Source: Longimicrobiales bacterium
Lineage (GTDB): Bacteria > Gemmatimonadota > Gemmatimonadetes > Longimicrobiales > Gaopeijiaceae
Direction of reading: 5' to 3'
Assembly: GCA_965249725.1 (NCBI GenBank)
Contig: CBDFMQ010000002.1
Location: forward strand, 1,440,001 to 1,504,000
DNA: 64,000 nucleotides
Of this stretch, positions 30,108 to 38,752 are shown one piece after another (within the stretch, counting starts at the first letter, position 1; each line of letters begins with the position of its first letter). Made by a program: the position numbers and the translations under genes. Under the pieces are notes generated by a model. That model saw only the letters and a program-made list of their open reading frames with translations. It was not told the origin of the DNA and did not search any database.

Positions 30108-31477
30108 GGGAGCGTCAACCTCCCGGCCACGGTCAAGAGCAGCCTCAGTGAGGGAGCATCGGGGCTCCCCGGCCCGTGGAAGGACGCGAAACCGAGCGAA
30201 GGCGGCTCAATGACGCTGAGAAAGACGATGTTGGTCGGGGTGGACGCGAGCCTGAGCGAGTCGCCGAACATGAGGTCGTTCACGAGAAAGGTGATGGGGA
30301 ACGTGACCTTCGCCCCGGCCGCTTCGGCGAACATGTTCGGCTGGACGAGGACGCCGAAGGAACCCGCCAGCTGTCCGCCGAGCGGAGACTTGGGCAGAAG
30401 CTCCGGGCTCACCACGGTCCGAAGATCCACTGCGAGGGAATCGAACAGGGCATGAGCCCGGAGCGTCTCACGCGTAGTCAACACCAACTCCGCCAAGCCC
30501 AACTGAGCGTCAGAGCCCGCGAGATCGAAAGGACAGGACAGAACGGCACATACCTCGGCAGGACCGGTGAGAACTCTCGGAACATCGAGGCTCAAGACGG
30601 TCCGCCATGAAGGAGCCCCCCCTACCCTCAGTCCCTCCGTGGGAGGCCCGGGCAGAGGATCATAGATGAAGGTGCTCTCCCCACCGAAGGCGGACTCCTC
30701 GATCAACGTGTCCGGCTCTGCCTCACCGGCCGCGAGGGCCAAGCTGGGCTGGATGATCAATCTGAGACGCGCACCCTCGAGGACAATCCGTCTACCCGGA
30801 TCGTCGAGGCTGACGAGCACGCCGCGCGAGGCATCGGTGGGATCCGCCCACGCGGCGATCTGAGCAGAGTCCATCGCGATGCTGAGGGAATCGTTGAACG
30901 GTAGCGTGTCACTCTCGGGGCGGCCGAACTGGCGATCGAAGACGCCGGAGCCGAGAGGTGCCGTGACGCCACCCCCGGGCTGCACCCATTCGGTACGCTG
31001 CCCGGCCGTATCGACCGCTGCATCCCAATTGGCCGTACGCACGTCCCAACTCTGCTGGATCGCCGCCGTGACGACGTCCGCCGGGCCAGCATTCACACCC
31101 TGGATCGTGTCGAAGAACAGGACCAACCGACCCCCGATGATCGAGTGTGCCTTGTCGAAGGTCGCGATGCCCGTGGTCGGGTCGAAAACGCGTACCGAAT
31201 CCGGGTAGGTGCCGAAGCGAAGCAGGACTCTCGAGTTCAGCCCCTGGAAGTCGTTCGCCAGGACGCCGCGGCCCATCGTCGCCACCGTCCCATAGCCGCC
31301 GAGCACCTGGGCACCCTCGGTGAATTCCTCGAAGGGCAGCACGACCTCGACGGTCCGTGGGTTCAACTCCCCCAGGAACTCGTCGACCGAGGCCGTCGGG
31401 TTCTTTTCCGTACACGCGGACAGGAGCACCACTACGAGTGCCGTGAGCGCCGTACATGTCGCAAAATATCGCTTCAA
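30104..31477 (-). CDS. Hypothetical lipoprotein
   Basis: MKRYF..VVLLSAC lipobox; 4-nt overlaps with both neighbours. Confidence 0.75.
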   Translation of the reverse strand: MKRYFATCTALTALVVVLLSACTEKNPTASVDEFLGELNPRTVEVVLPFEEFTEGAQVLGGYGTVATMGRGVLANDFQGLNSRVLLRFGTYPDSVRVFDPTTGIATFDKAHSIIGGRLVLFFDTIQGVNAGPADVVTAAIQQSWDVRTANWDAAVDTAGQRTEWVQPGGGVTAPLGSGVFDRQFGRPESDTLPFNDSLSIAMDSAQIAAWADPTDASRGVLVSLDDPGRRIVLEGARLRLIIQPSLALAAGEAEPDTLIEESAFGGESTFIYDPLPGPPTEGLRVGGAPSWRTVLSLDVPRVLTGPAEVCAVLSCPFDLAGSDAQLGLAELVLTTRETLRAHALFDSLAVDLRTVVSPELLPKSPLGGQLAGSFGVLVQPNMFAEAAGAKVTFPITFLVNDLMFGDSLRLASTPTNIVFLSVIEPPSLGFASFHGPGSPDAPSLRLLLTVAGRLTLP

Positions 31478-31878
31478 ACCGAATTCCCCGGACTCTCATC
31501 CGTTTCCAAGTAGAACCGCTCCGGGAGCAGGGCGTCCAAGCTCCACTCCCGGCATACACCGTCCGACTCCGACACGATCGGCAGGCCCGGCGAAAACTCA
31601 CCGAGCACCTGCCGACAGGCACCGCACGGTGCCGCCGGATCACCCCCCTCGACACTGATCGCCAGCCGTCGAAACTCCCGATGCCCCGCCGCAACAGCGG
31701 CCGAGACCGCCGAGCGCTCCGCACAGACCGTCAGGCCGAGCGACGCATTCTCGACGTTGCACCCGACAAACACCGTCCCATCGGCTACCAGCAGAGCCGC
31801 GCCGACCCGATACCCCGAATAGGGCGCGTAGGCGCGATCCCTTACGCGAAGGGCGGCCTCCAGCAAGCTATCCGTCAT
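31474..31878 (-). CDS. cdd: Cytidine deaminase (homotetrameric type)
   Basis: AYAPYS, GCNVENAS, CAERSA, PCGACRQ. Confidence 0.96.
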   Translation of the reverse strand: MTDSLLEAALRVRDRAYAPYSGYRVGAALLVADGTVFVGCNVENASLGLTVCAERSAVSAAVAAGHREFRRLAISVEGGDPAAPCGACRQVLGEFSPGLPIVSESDGVCREWSLDALLPERFYLETDESPGNSV

Positions 31879-33019
31879 CGTCCGCCACCGCCCAAATCCG
31901 CGGCAGGCGACTCGTCAATCCCGTCAGGATTTCGTAGCTGACGGTTCCCGCCAGCTCCGCGACCTCATCCACCGAGATCACGTCTTCGCCAGCCGACCCG
32001 ACCAACGTGGCCGTGTCACCCACCGCGATGCCGTCCACGCCCGAGATGTCTACCACCGTCATGTCCATCGAGATCCGTCCGATGATGGGCACCCCTCGCC
32101 CGCCGCACAGCGCGCTTCCACGATTTCCCAGGATGCGAGGAAGACCGTCCCCGTATCCGATCCCGAGCGTCGCCCACCGCTCGGTCCCACTCGCCCGATA
32201 CGTGGCTCCGTAACCGAGCGTGGTCCCGTCCGGCACGTCCCGGATGAGCGTCACCCGTGACCGCAGGCTCACCACCTCTTCCGGAGCGGGCACATCCGCA
32301 CCCACGCCGCCCCCATAGAGGAAGATCCCAGGCCGCACTGCATCTGCCGCCAGAGACGGATACCTCAATGCCGCCGCCCCGTTACAGGCGTGCACCATGC
32401 CGTCGCCCCCACCGACAAGAGCCTCCAGAGCGTCTCGGAAGCGCCGCCACTGCTCCTCCGCGGAATCGTCGCCCGCAACGTCGGCCGAGTGGAAGTGCGT
32501 GTAGCTCCCCTCCCATATCAGTCGATCGGTCAGGCGTGCCGCCAACGCAGGCCCCCACTCCCCGATCCGGAGCCGATCAAACCCCGAGCGGCCCATGCCG
32601 GTGTCGATCTCGACGTGAAAGCGAGCCGGTCGATCCACTCTCTCGACCGCCGCCGCCAACCGATCGACGGCGTCCACCTCGGAGATGGTGGGAGTAAGCG
32701 TGTGCGCCACCGCCCTATCGTAGTCCCCCGGTGCAAGGGGGCTGACGATCACGATAGGCTTCGCCAACCCTCCCTCTCGGAGATGCACGCCCTCCTCTAG
32801 TGTCGCTACCCCGTAACCCCACGGGTCCTCAGGCTCCAGCGCCCGTACGACCTGATCCATCCCGAGACCGTATGCGTCGGCCTTCACCATCGGGATGATG
32901 GCCGAAGAGGCACCGACGGATGCCCTGATCCGGCGGAGATTCCTGCGAAGGGCCCCAGGCCGAACTTCGACCCACGACCGGCCAGGCGCGTCCTCGACGG
33001 CCTGCTCGTCCGTTGACAT
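31868..33019 (-). CDS. alr: Alanine racemase
   Basis: MVKADAYG, DTGMGRSG, THF, VRPGIFLYG, GYGDG, GRISMD, YEILT. Confidence 0.97.
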   Translation of the reverse strand: MSTDEQAVEDAPGRSWVEVRPGALRRNLRRIRASVGASSAIIPMVKADAYGLGMDQVVRALEPEDPWGYGVATLEEGVHLREGGLAKPIVIVSPLAPGDYDRAVAHTLTPTISEVDAVDRLAAAVERVDRPARFHVEIDTGMGRSGFDRLRIGEWGPALAARLTDRLIWEGSYTHFHSADVAGDDSAEEQWRRFRDALEALVGGGDGMVHACNGAAALRYPSLAADAVRPGIFLYGGGVGADVPAPEEVVSLRSRVTLIRDVPDGTTLGYGATYRASGTERWATLGIGYGDGLPRILGNRGSALCGGRGVPIIGRISMDMTVVDISGVDGIAVGDTATLVGSAGEDVISVDEVAELAGTVSYEILTGLTSRLPRIWAVADDDG

Positions 33020-33093
33020 AGACGTTGAAAGAAGCGAAAAGATAAGCCCCGATCAAGGTGCGTTTCCCCTCCCGAGACAAGTGACGATCGACA

Positions 33094-33879
33094 ATGAGCG
33101 GCGAAGACGAGACACCCCCACCACCCGACTTCGGACCGGGGGAGCTGGATCGCGCTTTGGGGCTGATCCGATTCCTCCGGAAACACTGCTCATGGGATCG
33201 CGCTCAGACACCCGAGAGCCTGGTGCCCCACCTCCTCGAGGAGAGCCACGAGGTGGTCGACGCGATCCGAGGTGGCCGCGAAGAAGACCTGGAGGGAGAA
33301 CTAGGAGATCTGCTGCTGAACCTGGCGTTTCAGGTCGTTCTCGGTGAGGAACGCGGGACCTTTACGCCCGATTCGGTCGCGAGCCGGCTCGAGGACAAGA
33401 TGAAGCGGCGACATCCGCACCTTTTCGGACTGGGGGAGCGGGTCGATTGGGAGGTCCTGAAGGCGCGCGAGCGCGAAGAAGGGGCCTCGCTACTGACCGG
33501 CCTACCCGAGGCCATGGACCCCCTTCACCGATCCCACAGGATTCAGGACCGGGTGAGCGGCGTAGGCTTCGACTGGCCGGACGCATCTGGGGCCTGGGAG
33601 AAGGTCAACGAAGAGCTGGGGGAGGTGAAGGACGCCCTTGGAGAAAGCCCGGAACGGCTGGAAGAGGAGTTGGGAGACCTGCTCTTCGCGATGGTCAACC
33701 TCGTCCGCCTTACGGGCAACCACTCGGCCACGGCATTGGAGCTCGCCAATCGCAAGTTCACGGGCCGGTTCGAGCGGTTGGAAGCAGTCGCAGCGGAGCG
33801 GAACGTGATCCTCGGTGAAGCGACATTGGCAGAGCTGGACGCCATCTGGAATGAAATCAAGTCCGAACAGAAGGAGTGA
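33094..33879 (+). CDS. mazG: Nucleoside triphosphate pyrophosphohydrolase MazG
   Basis: CSWDRAQT, LEESHE, ELGDLL, RRHPHLF, GFDWP, EELGDLLFAMVN. Confidence 0.95.
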   Translation: MSGEDETPPPPDFGPGELDRALGLIRFLRKHCSWDRAQTPESLVPHLLEESHEVVDAIRGGREEDLEGELGDLLLNLAFQVVLGEERGTFTPDSVASRLEDKMKRRHPHLFGLGERVDWEVLKAREREEGASLLTGLPEAMDPLHRSHRIQDRVSGVGFDWPDASGAWEKVNEELGEVKDALGESPERLEEELGDLLFAMVNLVRLTGNHSATALELANRKFTGRFERLEAVAAERNVILGEATLAELDAIWNEIKSEQKE

Positions 33880-33925
33880 TCCCGTTCCACATTTCTGCGG
33901 TGGTGCCAACGCATTACTATTCTTC

Positions 33926-34795
33926 ATGCGACCTAGACACACCACATCAGGCCCAGTTGCTGTCCTAGCTCAGGCGGCATTGATCGGTCTGGCCCTCTTC
34001 GCTACGCCGACCTCTTCGGCGGCCCAGTGGACCGAGCCGCCCAAAAGAGGGTGGGCCTCCCTCGCCGCCTACCACCAGGACACGCGTGACGCCTATGACT
34101 TCGAGGGTGCCAAGAGCATGTTCCCGGCGGACGGGCACACCATTGCCACCGCGTCTTTCCTGACCCTCGCCCTCGGCCTGATGGAAGGTGTCGATGCTTG
34201 GGCTCAGTTCTCTTACCAGAGGCTTCGCTTCGACGACATCTCGGGTCAGAGGATCTCGTACGGACCGGGCGACATTCGCCTCTATGCGCGCGGAAGCCCG
34301 CTCCGGCTGTTCGGTGTGACAACGCCCGTGGCGATCCGCGCGGGTGTGAAGCTGCCGGTGGGCGATTTCGACGTGGGCACGAACCTTATCCCTCTGGGAG
34401 ATGGTCAACGCGACTGGGAGCTGATGCTCGAGATCGGGCACTCGTTCTATCCGAACCCGACCTATTTGCAGGGCTGGATCGGTTACCGCTGGAGAGATCC
34501 GGCCGCAGACGACCGCGTCTTTGGAGACGAGCGGTTCTTCTATTTGGCGGTGGGGGGGGAAATCGGCCCGCTCGGTTACAAGGTGGGCTTCGATGGATGG
34601 TACGGGAGTACACCCATCTTCGATGGCCTCGAATCGCCGGGAGCCAAACGGGAGATGGCCCGGCTGAGTCCCTCTCTGCTGATCCCCGCCGGCCCAGGGA
34701 TGATCGAGCTCGGGTCCCGTATAGCGCTCACCGGGAAGAACTTGCCGGCCGGTTACGACCTCGTCGTAGGGTACTTCACGCGTCTCGGTTTCTAG
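33926..34795 (+). CDS. Hypothetical secreted, probable outer-membrane beta-barrel protein
   Basis: Signal peptide ending SAA-Q, GPGDIRL and GVKLPVG strand motifs, C-terminal Phe. Confidence 0.65.
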   Translation: MRPRHTTSGPVAVLAQAALIGLALFATPTSSAAQWTEPPKRGWASLAAYHQDTRDAYDFEGAKSMFPADGHTIATASFLTLALGLMEGVDAWAQFSYQRLRFDDISGQRISYGPGDIRLYARGSPLRLFGVTTPVAIRAGVKLPVGDFDVGTNLIPLGDGQRDWELMLEIGHSFYPNPTYLQGWIGYRWRDPAADDRVFGDERFFYLAVGGEIGPLGYKVGFDGWYGSTPIFDGLESPGAKREMARLSPSLLIPAGPGMIELGSRIALTGKNLPAGYDLVVGYFTRLGF

Positions 34796-34813
34796 TCTGG
34801 AGCCAGCGCCGGC

Positions 34814-35881
34814 TCAACTGATGTACGTCAGAAGCCCCGGGTCATAGAGGTCGGATACGTAGTCCTGGTATCCGTTGAAGAGCTGCGTCAGTATCGACGT
34901 CTGCGTCCCCAGGGGAGTCTCGAATTGCTGCGTCCAACGGGGGTGGGCAACGTCGGGGTTCACGGTCGAGTAGAAGCCGTACTCGTCTGGCGCCAGCGTA
35001 TTCCAGAACGTTGGCGGCTGCTCCCGGGTGAACTCGATCCGAGCCACGGACTTCAGGCTCTTGAAGCCATACTTCCAGGGAATAGCCAGCCGCCAGGGAG
35101 CCCCATGTTGCTTGGGTAGCGGCTCACCGTATGCGCCGGTCACCACGAAGGCGAGCTCGTTCCTGGCTTCATCGAGACGGAGCCCCTCGAAATACGGCCA
35201 GGGAAGGCTTGGTTGGATCCGTTGGCCCACCGCCTCCTCGGGGCGGTCGAACGACACGAAGCGAACGTAGTTTGCCGAAGAGAGCGGCCTGAACTTGTCG
35301 ATGAGCTTGGACAACGGATAGCCCGTCCAGGGAACGACCATCGACCACCGTTCGACGCATCGGTGCCGATACACGCGCTCCTCGAGCCCGAATTCCCTCT
35401 CCAACTCGGAGACGTCGAAAGACCCGGTTACCTCCGCTTCACCGACGACCTCGACCGTCCAGGGCCACACGTTGAACGGTCCGACGAAGGGCCAGTTCAA
35501 GTTCACGTTACTCAGGGTTCCGATGAACTCGTAGAAGTTGTTGTAGACCGCCGTATCTAGGCGCTCGGTCTGGCTCGGTCCCGCAACGTCGAAGGTCGAG
35601 TTCCGGACGGCCGGGTAGAGATCTGCCGTAGGTGATGGACAAATCGATTGTAGCGGGTGGAGAACGTTGGAGTCGTTGCACCCTGCCTCCGCCGCCGGCA
35701 CCTCCGGAGTCTCGTCGACCAGCTCGGAAGGCGTAAACGAGGAACCGCACGCCCCCAGACCCAGAGCAGCCATCCCGACTCCCGAGCTCCTGAGGAACGC
35801 GCGGCGATCGAGGAACACCGACTTCGGTGTCGCCTCGCTGTCGGGGATTCGCCATCCCGGCGGAATGATGACGTTGGCCAT
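34814..35881 (-). CDS. msrP: Protein-methionine-sulfoxide reductase catalytic subunit MsrP (YedY)
   Basis: ATPKSVFLDRRAFL Tat motif, YNNFYEF, RHRCVERWSMVVPW, QHGAP, PWKYGFKS, NPDVAHPRW. Confidence 0.93.
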   Translation of the reverse strand: MANVIIPPGWRIPDSEATPKSVFLDRRAFLRSSGVGMAALGLGACGSSFTPSELVDETPEVPAAEAGCNDSNVLHPLQSICPSPTADLYPAVRNSTFDVAGPSQTERLDTAVYNNFYEFIGTLSNVNLNWPFVGPFNVWPWTVEVVGEAEVTGSFDVSELEREFGLEERVYRHRCVERWSMVVPWTGYPLSKLIDKFRPLSSANYVRFVSFDRPEEAVGQRIQPSLPWPYFEGLRLDEARNELAFVVTGAYGEPLPKQHGAPWRLAIPWKYGFKSLKSVARIEFTREQPPTFWNTLAPDEYGFYSTVNPDVAHPRWTQQFETPLGTQTSILTQLFNGYQDYVSDLYDPGLLTYIS

Positions 35882-36002
35882 GGATTCTCCGGCATTGATC
35901 CGATGAAAGACTTGCGGGAGCGAGCGCCCGGCCCGACTCGCCGCTGTGCCAAGGTAGCGCGCGACCCACCCTCCTACAATCGGCGGGTTGTTGCGGAAGT
36001 TC

Positions 36003-37061
36003 CTAGTAGCCCTTCGCCTTGTCGACCTCGTTGAGCAGAGGCTCGCCGCCAAGCAGGCGCCGGAGATTCTCGATGATCAGATCAGCCTCCCGCCGCCAAA
36101 ACGTCCTTGTGACCGCGGACACATGGGGAGTCAACAGGACATTGGGCAGGGACCACAACACGTGCCCCTCCACGAGGGGCTCACGCGCGAACACGTCCAG
36201 CCCCGCCCCACGAAGCTGCCCGGAATTCAAGGCCTCGACGAGCGCAACCTCGTCCACGAGTGACCCACGGGACACGTTGATCAGCACAGTCCCCCTCCTC
36301 ATGGCTGCGATCGCACTTCCAGAGATGATCCCCTCGGTCTCGGGCGTGGCCGGCGCCGACACCACCACGTAGTCACTGTGCGACAGCAACTCCTCGAGTC
36401 CGGCCTCACCCGAGACCACCCGGATGTCCCCCGTTCGCGCTCCATCCGCCCACGAGGGGCGCTCGCTTGATTCAACCGGGCTCCGGCGGAGTCCGATGAC
36501 GTTCGCCCCGAACGCAGAAGCCCTCAGGGCGATCTCCCGCCCGATTCCCCCAACCCCGATGATCCCGACGACGCTCTCCGACAACTCTCGCACGGGCGAG
36601 TCCGCTTCGTAGTACGAATCCGTAATCCATCTTCCCTCGGCCATACCGGCGACCGCGAAGTCGAGACCCCGAGCGAAATACAGAATCATCCCCAACACAG
36701 TCTCCGCCATCGGAACCGCATGGATCCCCGCAGAATTGGTGAAGCGCACCGGGCTGGCCAGCATCTCCGGAGTGAGAGACTTACCCACACCCGCCGCCCC
36801 CGTATGAACCCACTCGAGATCCCATCCCTCGGTCACGACTTCGGCCGCGATACCGAACCCCATATAGACCCGAGCGTCCTTCACGGCTTCGAGCACAGCC
36901 GCGCTCGCACGGGCCGACCCGTCTCCGGAGCCGTCCGCATCCTCCTCGATCACCACGATCTCCCAGTCGTCCGGGATGGCGTCACGGAGATGGGGGACGA
37001 ACCAATCCGGGCGCGCCCAGACGGGTCGTTTGTCCTTCATATCAAGGACGAGCTTGTTCAT
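36003..37061 (-). CDS. D-2-hydroxyacid dehydrogenase family protein
   Basis: GIIGVGGIG, PATPETEG, LINVSRG, GAGLDVF..EPL, LTPHVS. Confidence 0.92.
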   Translation of the reverse strand: MNKLVLDMKDKRPVWARPDWFVPHLRDAIPDDWEIVVIEEDADGSGDGSARASAAVLEAVKDARVYMGFGIAAEVVTEGWDLEWVHTGAAGVGKSLTPEMLASPVRFTNSAGIHAVPMAETVLGMILYFARGLDFAVAGMAEGRWITDSYYEADSPVRELSESVVGIIGVGGIGREIALRASAFGANVIGLRRSPVESSERPSWADGARTGDIRVVSGEAGLEELLSHSDYVVVSAPATPETEGIISGSAIAAMRRGTVLINVSRGSLVDEVALVEALNSGQLRGAGLDVFAREPLVEGHVLWSLPNVLLTPHVSAVTRTFWRREADLIIENLRRLLGGEPLLNEVDKAKGY

Positions 37062-37070
37062 GGAGCGGAG

Positions 37071-37345
37071 GGGGCTGCTGCGGGTCTCTCTCGGGGCGGC
37101 TGGTCCGGGGCCCCGCCGCCCCACCTCCTGCAGATGCCCCGTGAGAGACCCGCAGCAGCCCCAGACCGTCCATGACGGTGTGACCTAGGCGGGGGCGCGA
37201 GGATGGTCCGGCCCGCCCGCCACGCCCCGACAAGCCCGAGGCGGCCGAGGGGGTGCGTTGTCGCGCCTCCGAGGGGCATCTGCAGGAGGGGCGGTGGTGG
37301 GGCGGGGAGCAGCAGCCCCTCGGAGGCGCGACAACGCACCCCCTC
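37071..37345. repeat. Pair of long intergenic hairpins with related loops in inverted orientation
   Basis: Hairpin 1 (37071-37162): 27-bp stem with 1 mismatch, 38-nt loop. Hairpin 2 (37247-37345): perfect 31-bp stem, 37-nt loop. Shared GGGGCATCTGCAGGAGG on opposite strands. Confidence 0.9.
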
Positions 37346-37350
37346 CCACC

Positions 37351-38649
37351 TCAAGGCGACAACCGATTCATCATGCGCGGAAACGGAATCAACTCCCGGA
37401 TGTGATGCCGCCCCGTGATCCAAGCGACCGTGCGCTCCAGACCGAGCCCGAACCCCGAATGCACGAACGTCCCGTAGCGCCGGATATCCAGATACCAGGA
37501 GTACGCTTCCTCAGGCAGCTTCTCCTCACGGATCCGTCCCAAAAGCAGATCAAAGTCGTCCTCTCGCTGGCTCCCTCCGATGAGCTCTCCGTATCCGCGT
37601 ACGAGCAGGTCGTTGCAGAGCACGGTACGAGGATCGTCGGGGTTCTCCTTCATGTAGAAGGCTTTGACGGCCTTGGGATAGTCGTGCACGAAGACCGGCT
37701 GATCGAACTGCTCGGTCAGCAGCATCTCGTCCGGTGCCCCCAGGTCGGCGCCCCACTCGATCTCGCTTCCCTTATCCTGCAGGATCGAGATCGCGTCCGT
37801 GTACGAGACCCGCGCGAAGGGCGAAGCAAGCGCCTCGAGCTCGGTCGTATCCCTTTCCAGGATCTCCAACTCGGGTTGGCACCGCTCGAGCGCACGCTCC
37901 ACGATGTAGCAGACGAACTCCTCCTGGAGCCTCATGTTGTCGTTCGAGTCAGCGAACGCCACCTCGGGCTCGATCATCCAGAACTCGGTCAGATGTCTGC
38001 GGGTCTTCGACTTCTCGGCTCGGAACGTGGGGCCGAAGCAGTACACCTTCCGAAAGGCCGGACAGGCGGTTTCGACGTAGAGCTGGCCGGTCTGGGCCAG
38101 ATAGGCGGACTCGCCAAAGTAGTCGGTCTCGAACAGGGTGCCGGCCGATTCCCCGATCGACCCGGTGAGGATCGGCGTGTCGATGCGGACGAAATCCCGC
38201 TCGTAGAAGAAGTCGTGGATGGCGTGTTCGACCTCGTGACGGACCCGCAGCCCGGCTCGCTGCTGGCTCGACCGGAGCCACAGGTGCCGATGGTCGAGCA
38301 GAAACTCGACGCCGTGTTCCTTGGGCTGAATCGGGTATTCCTCTGCCCGCCCGAGCAGCTCGAGAGCGGTGACACCGATCTCGAATCTGCCTGGAGCCCG
38401 CGGCTCTTCCCGGACCTCGCCCGTGAGCGCGACCGTCGATTCCTGGGTGATCGACTCGTGCAGAGCCCACGTATCCTCGGGCAGATCCTTCTTGAGCAGG
38501 ACGCCCTGGACCAGGCCCGTGCCATCCCGCAGCACGAGGAAACCGACCTTGCCGTGGCTGCGCGTGGCGTCTGCCCATCCGCGGACCGTTACCGTCTCTC
38601 CCACATGCTCGTGTAGTGAGCGTACCTCTGTCGTCGACTCGTAACTCAT
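37351..38649 (-). CDS. asnS: Asparagine--tRNA ligase
   Basis: OB-fold LRDGTG, RHLWLR, GPTFRAEKSKTRRHLTEFW, GGSQRE, HSGFGLGLER. Confidence 0.96.
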   Translation of the reverse strand: MSYESTTEVRSLHEHVGETVTVRGWADATRSHGKVGFLVLRDGTGLVQGVLLKKDLPEDTWALHESITQESTVALTGEVREEPRAPGRFEIGVTALELLGRAEEYPIQPKEHGVEFLLDHRHLWLRSSQQRAGLRVRHEVEHAIHDFFYERDFVRIDTPILTGSIGESAGTLFETDYFGESAYLAQTGQLYVETACPAFRKVYCFGPTFRAEKSKTRRHLTEFWMIEPEVAFADSNDNMRLQEEFVCYIVERALERCQPELEILERDTTELEALASPFARVSYTDAISILQDKGSEIEWGADLGAPDEMLLTEQFDQPVFVHDYPKAVKAFYMKENPDDPRTVLCNDLLVRGYGELIGGSQREDDFDLLLGRIREEKLPEEAYSWYLDIRRYGTFVHSGFGLGLERTVAWITGRHHIRELIPFPRMMNRLSP

Positions 38650-38752
38650 TTGCTTCGAACACCCAGGGTTGTCGTGTGCCGGTTCATATATGGAGGCGGA
38701 AGATAGCCGACCTCATCCCGGGCAGACACACGGGAGCGGGACTTTAGCGGGC

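Noticed and set aside
37258..38616. Long antisense ORFs (452 aa here; also 46637-48352, 26232-27695, 214-1200, 42500-43726)
   Set aside because: Shadow frames of well-conserved genes in a high-GC genome; no motifs or RBS.
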